From: Mytilus trossulus
Lineage: Eukaryota
Reading direction: 5' to 3'
NCBI RefSeq assembly: GCF_036588685.1
Contig: NC_086380.1
Location: forward strand, 27,590,001-27,654,000
Length of the DNA stretch: 64,000 nt
In this document: piece after piece, positions 63,441 to 64,000 of the stretch
Layout: each line of letters starts with the position of its first letter
Numbering within the stretch: the stretch's first letter is position 1
The notes under the pieces: generated by a model
What the model was told of the DNA's origin: nothing
The model's database searches: none
Seen by the model: only the letters and a program-made list of their open reading frames with translations
Program-made: the position numbers and the translations under genes

Positions 63441-64000
63441 GTAAGTTGGTCTTAGATATGTTAATACTATTGGTCTTAGGATCAGAGACGTGTAATTGAA
63501 TTGCTACAGTTTTCGATGCTAGGACCAACGAATTTGAAATAGTTTTTTAAAGACGTAAAGCTTTTTATGTATTACTTTGAATCAAATTTTGCCAAAAACC
63601 ATGCTCGAAAAAAAACTGGTAAAGAAATAGGTTAAACAACTTGCTCATCATTTCTTGAGAAAAGATTTCGTCTAAGCTCCGTTCACTCTCAAAAGTGGCG
63701 CTAGAGATTACAGCTATTGAATTCGTTCGTTTAAAGAATAGTGCATGTTAGCATGTACGTGTGCTATAATTAACTGCAAAATTACGGTAGTTGACCGAAA
63801 ACAAGATCACTACCACATTTCATAAAACTGAAAAAAAAGATTATACTGATTACACAATAATATAAATAATCTGTAGAGTTTAATGTATACATTGTAGTGC
63901 TATTTGTTTTTTGTTGTTGTTGTTAATGTTGTTCATTTAACATGGTATACGCTTTTACTTATAGAATACCGAGAGAATGTAAATAGATATGTGTGGGTTC

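Overview
AT-rich eukaryotic genomic DNA, most likely a bivalve mollusc (mytilid mussel, inferred from remembered repeat families and protein types, not from a search). It has spliceosomal introns, dense transposon debris and one assembly gap (45101-45241). Three host loci, all on the + strand. (1) A tandem cluster of three intact genes (7302-7685, 12387-12773, 23664-24047) plus one pseudogene (~14480-14706). They encode secreted ~127-aa proteins made of two copies of an 8-cysteine module, C-x2-C-x18-C-x4-C-x-C-x-C-x5-C-x8-C, that I cannot assign to a named family. Each has a TATA box and a short non-coding first exon spliced directly onto the ATG. (2) A 5-exon, 138-aa secreted prokineticin/astakine-like (colipase-fold, 10-Cys) gene (31497-47495) that the ORF track does not call as a gene. 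It has an internal RKKR convertase site and a 23-nt micro-exon. (3) The 5' part of a nephrin-like cell-surface gene (signal peptide + 8 Ig + FN3, 51702-63440, continuing past the window). The rest is mobile DNA: a CACTA-type element inserted exactly into the YIDD motif of a Penelope-like RT, a decayed Tc1, Kolobok-, Sola- and Academ-like TIR elements (the last carrying Gypsy gag-protease sequence), a LINE 3' end, hairpin MITEs, SINE-like repeats and microsatellites.
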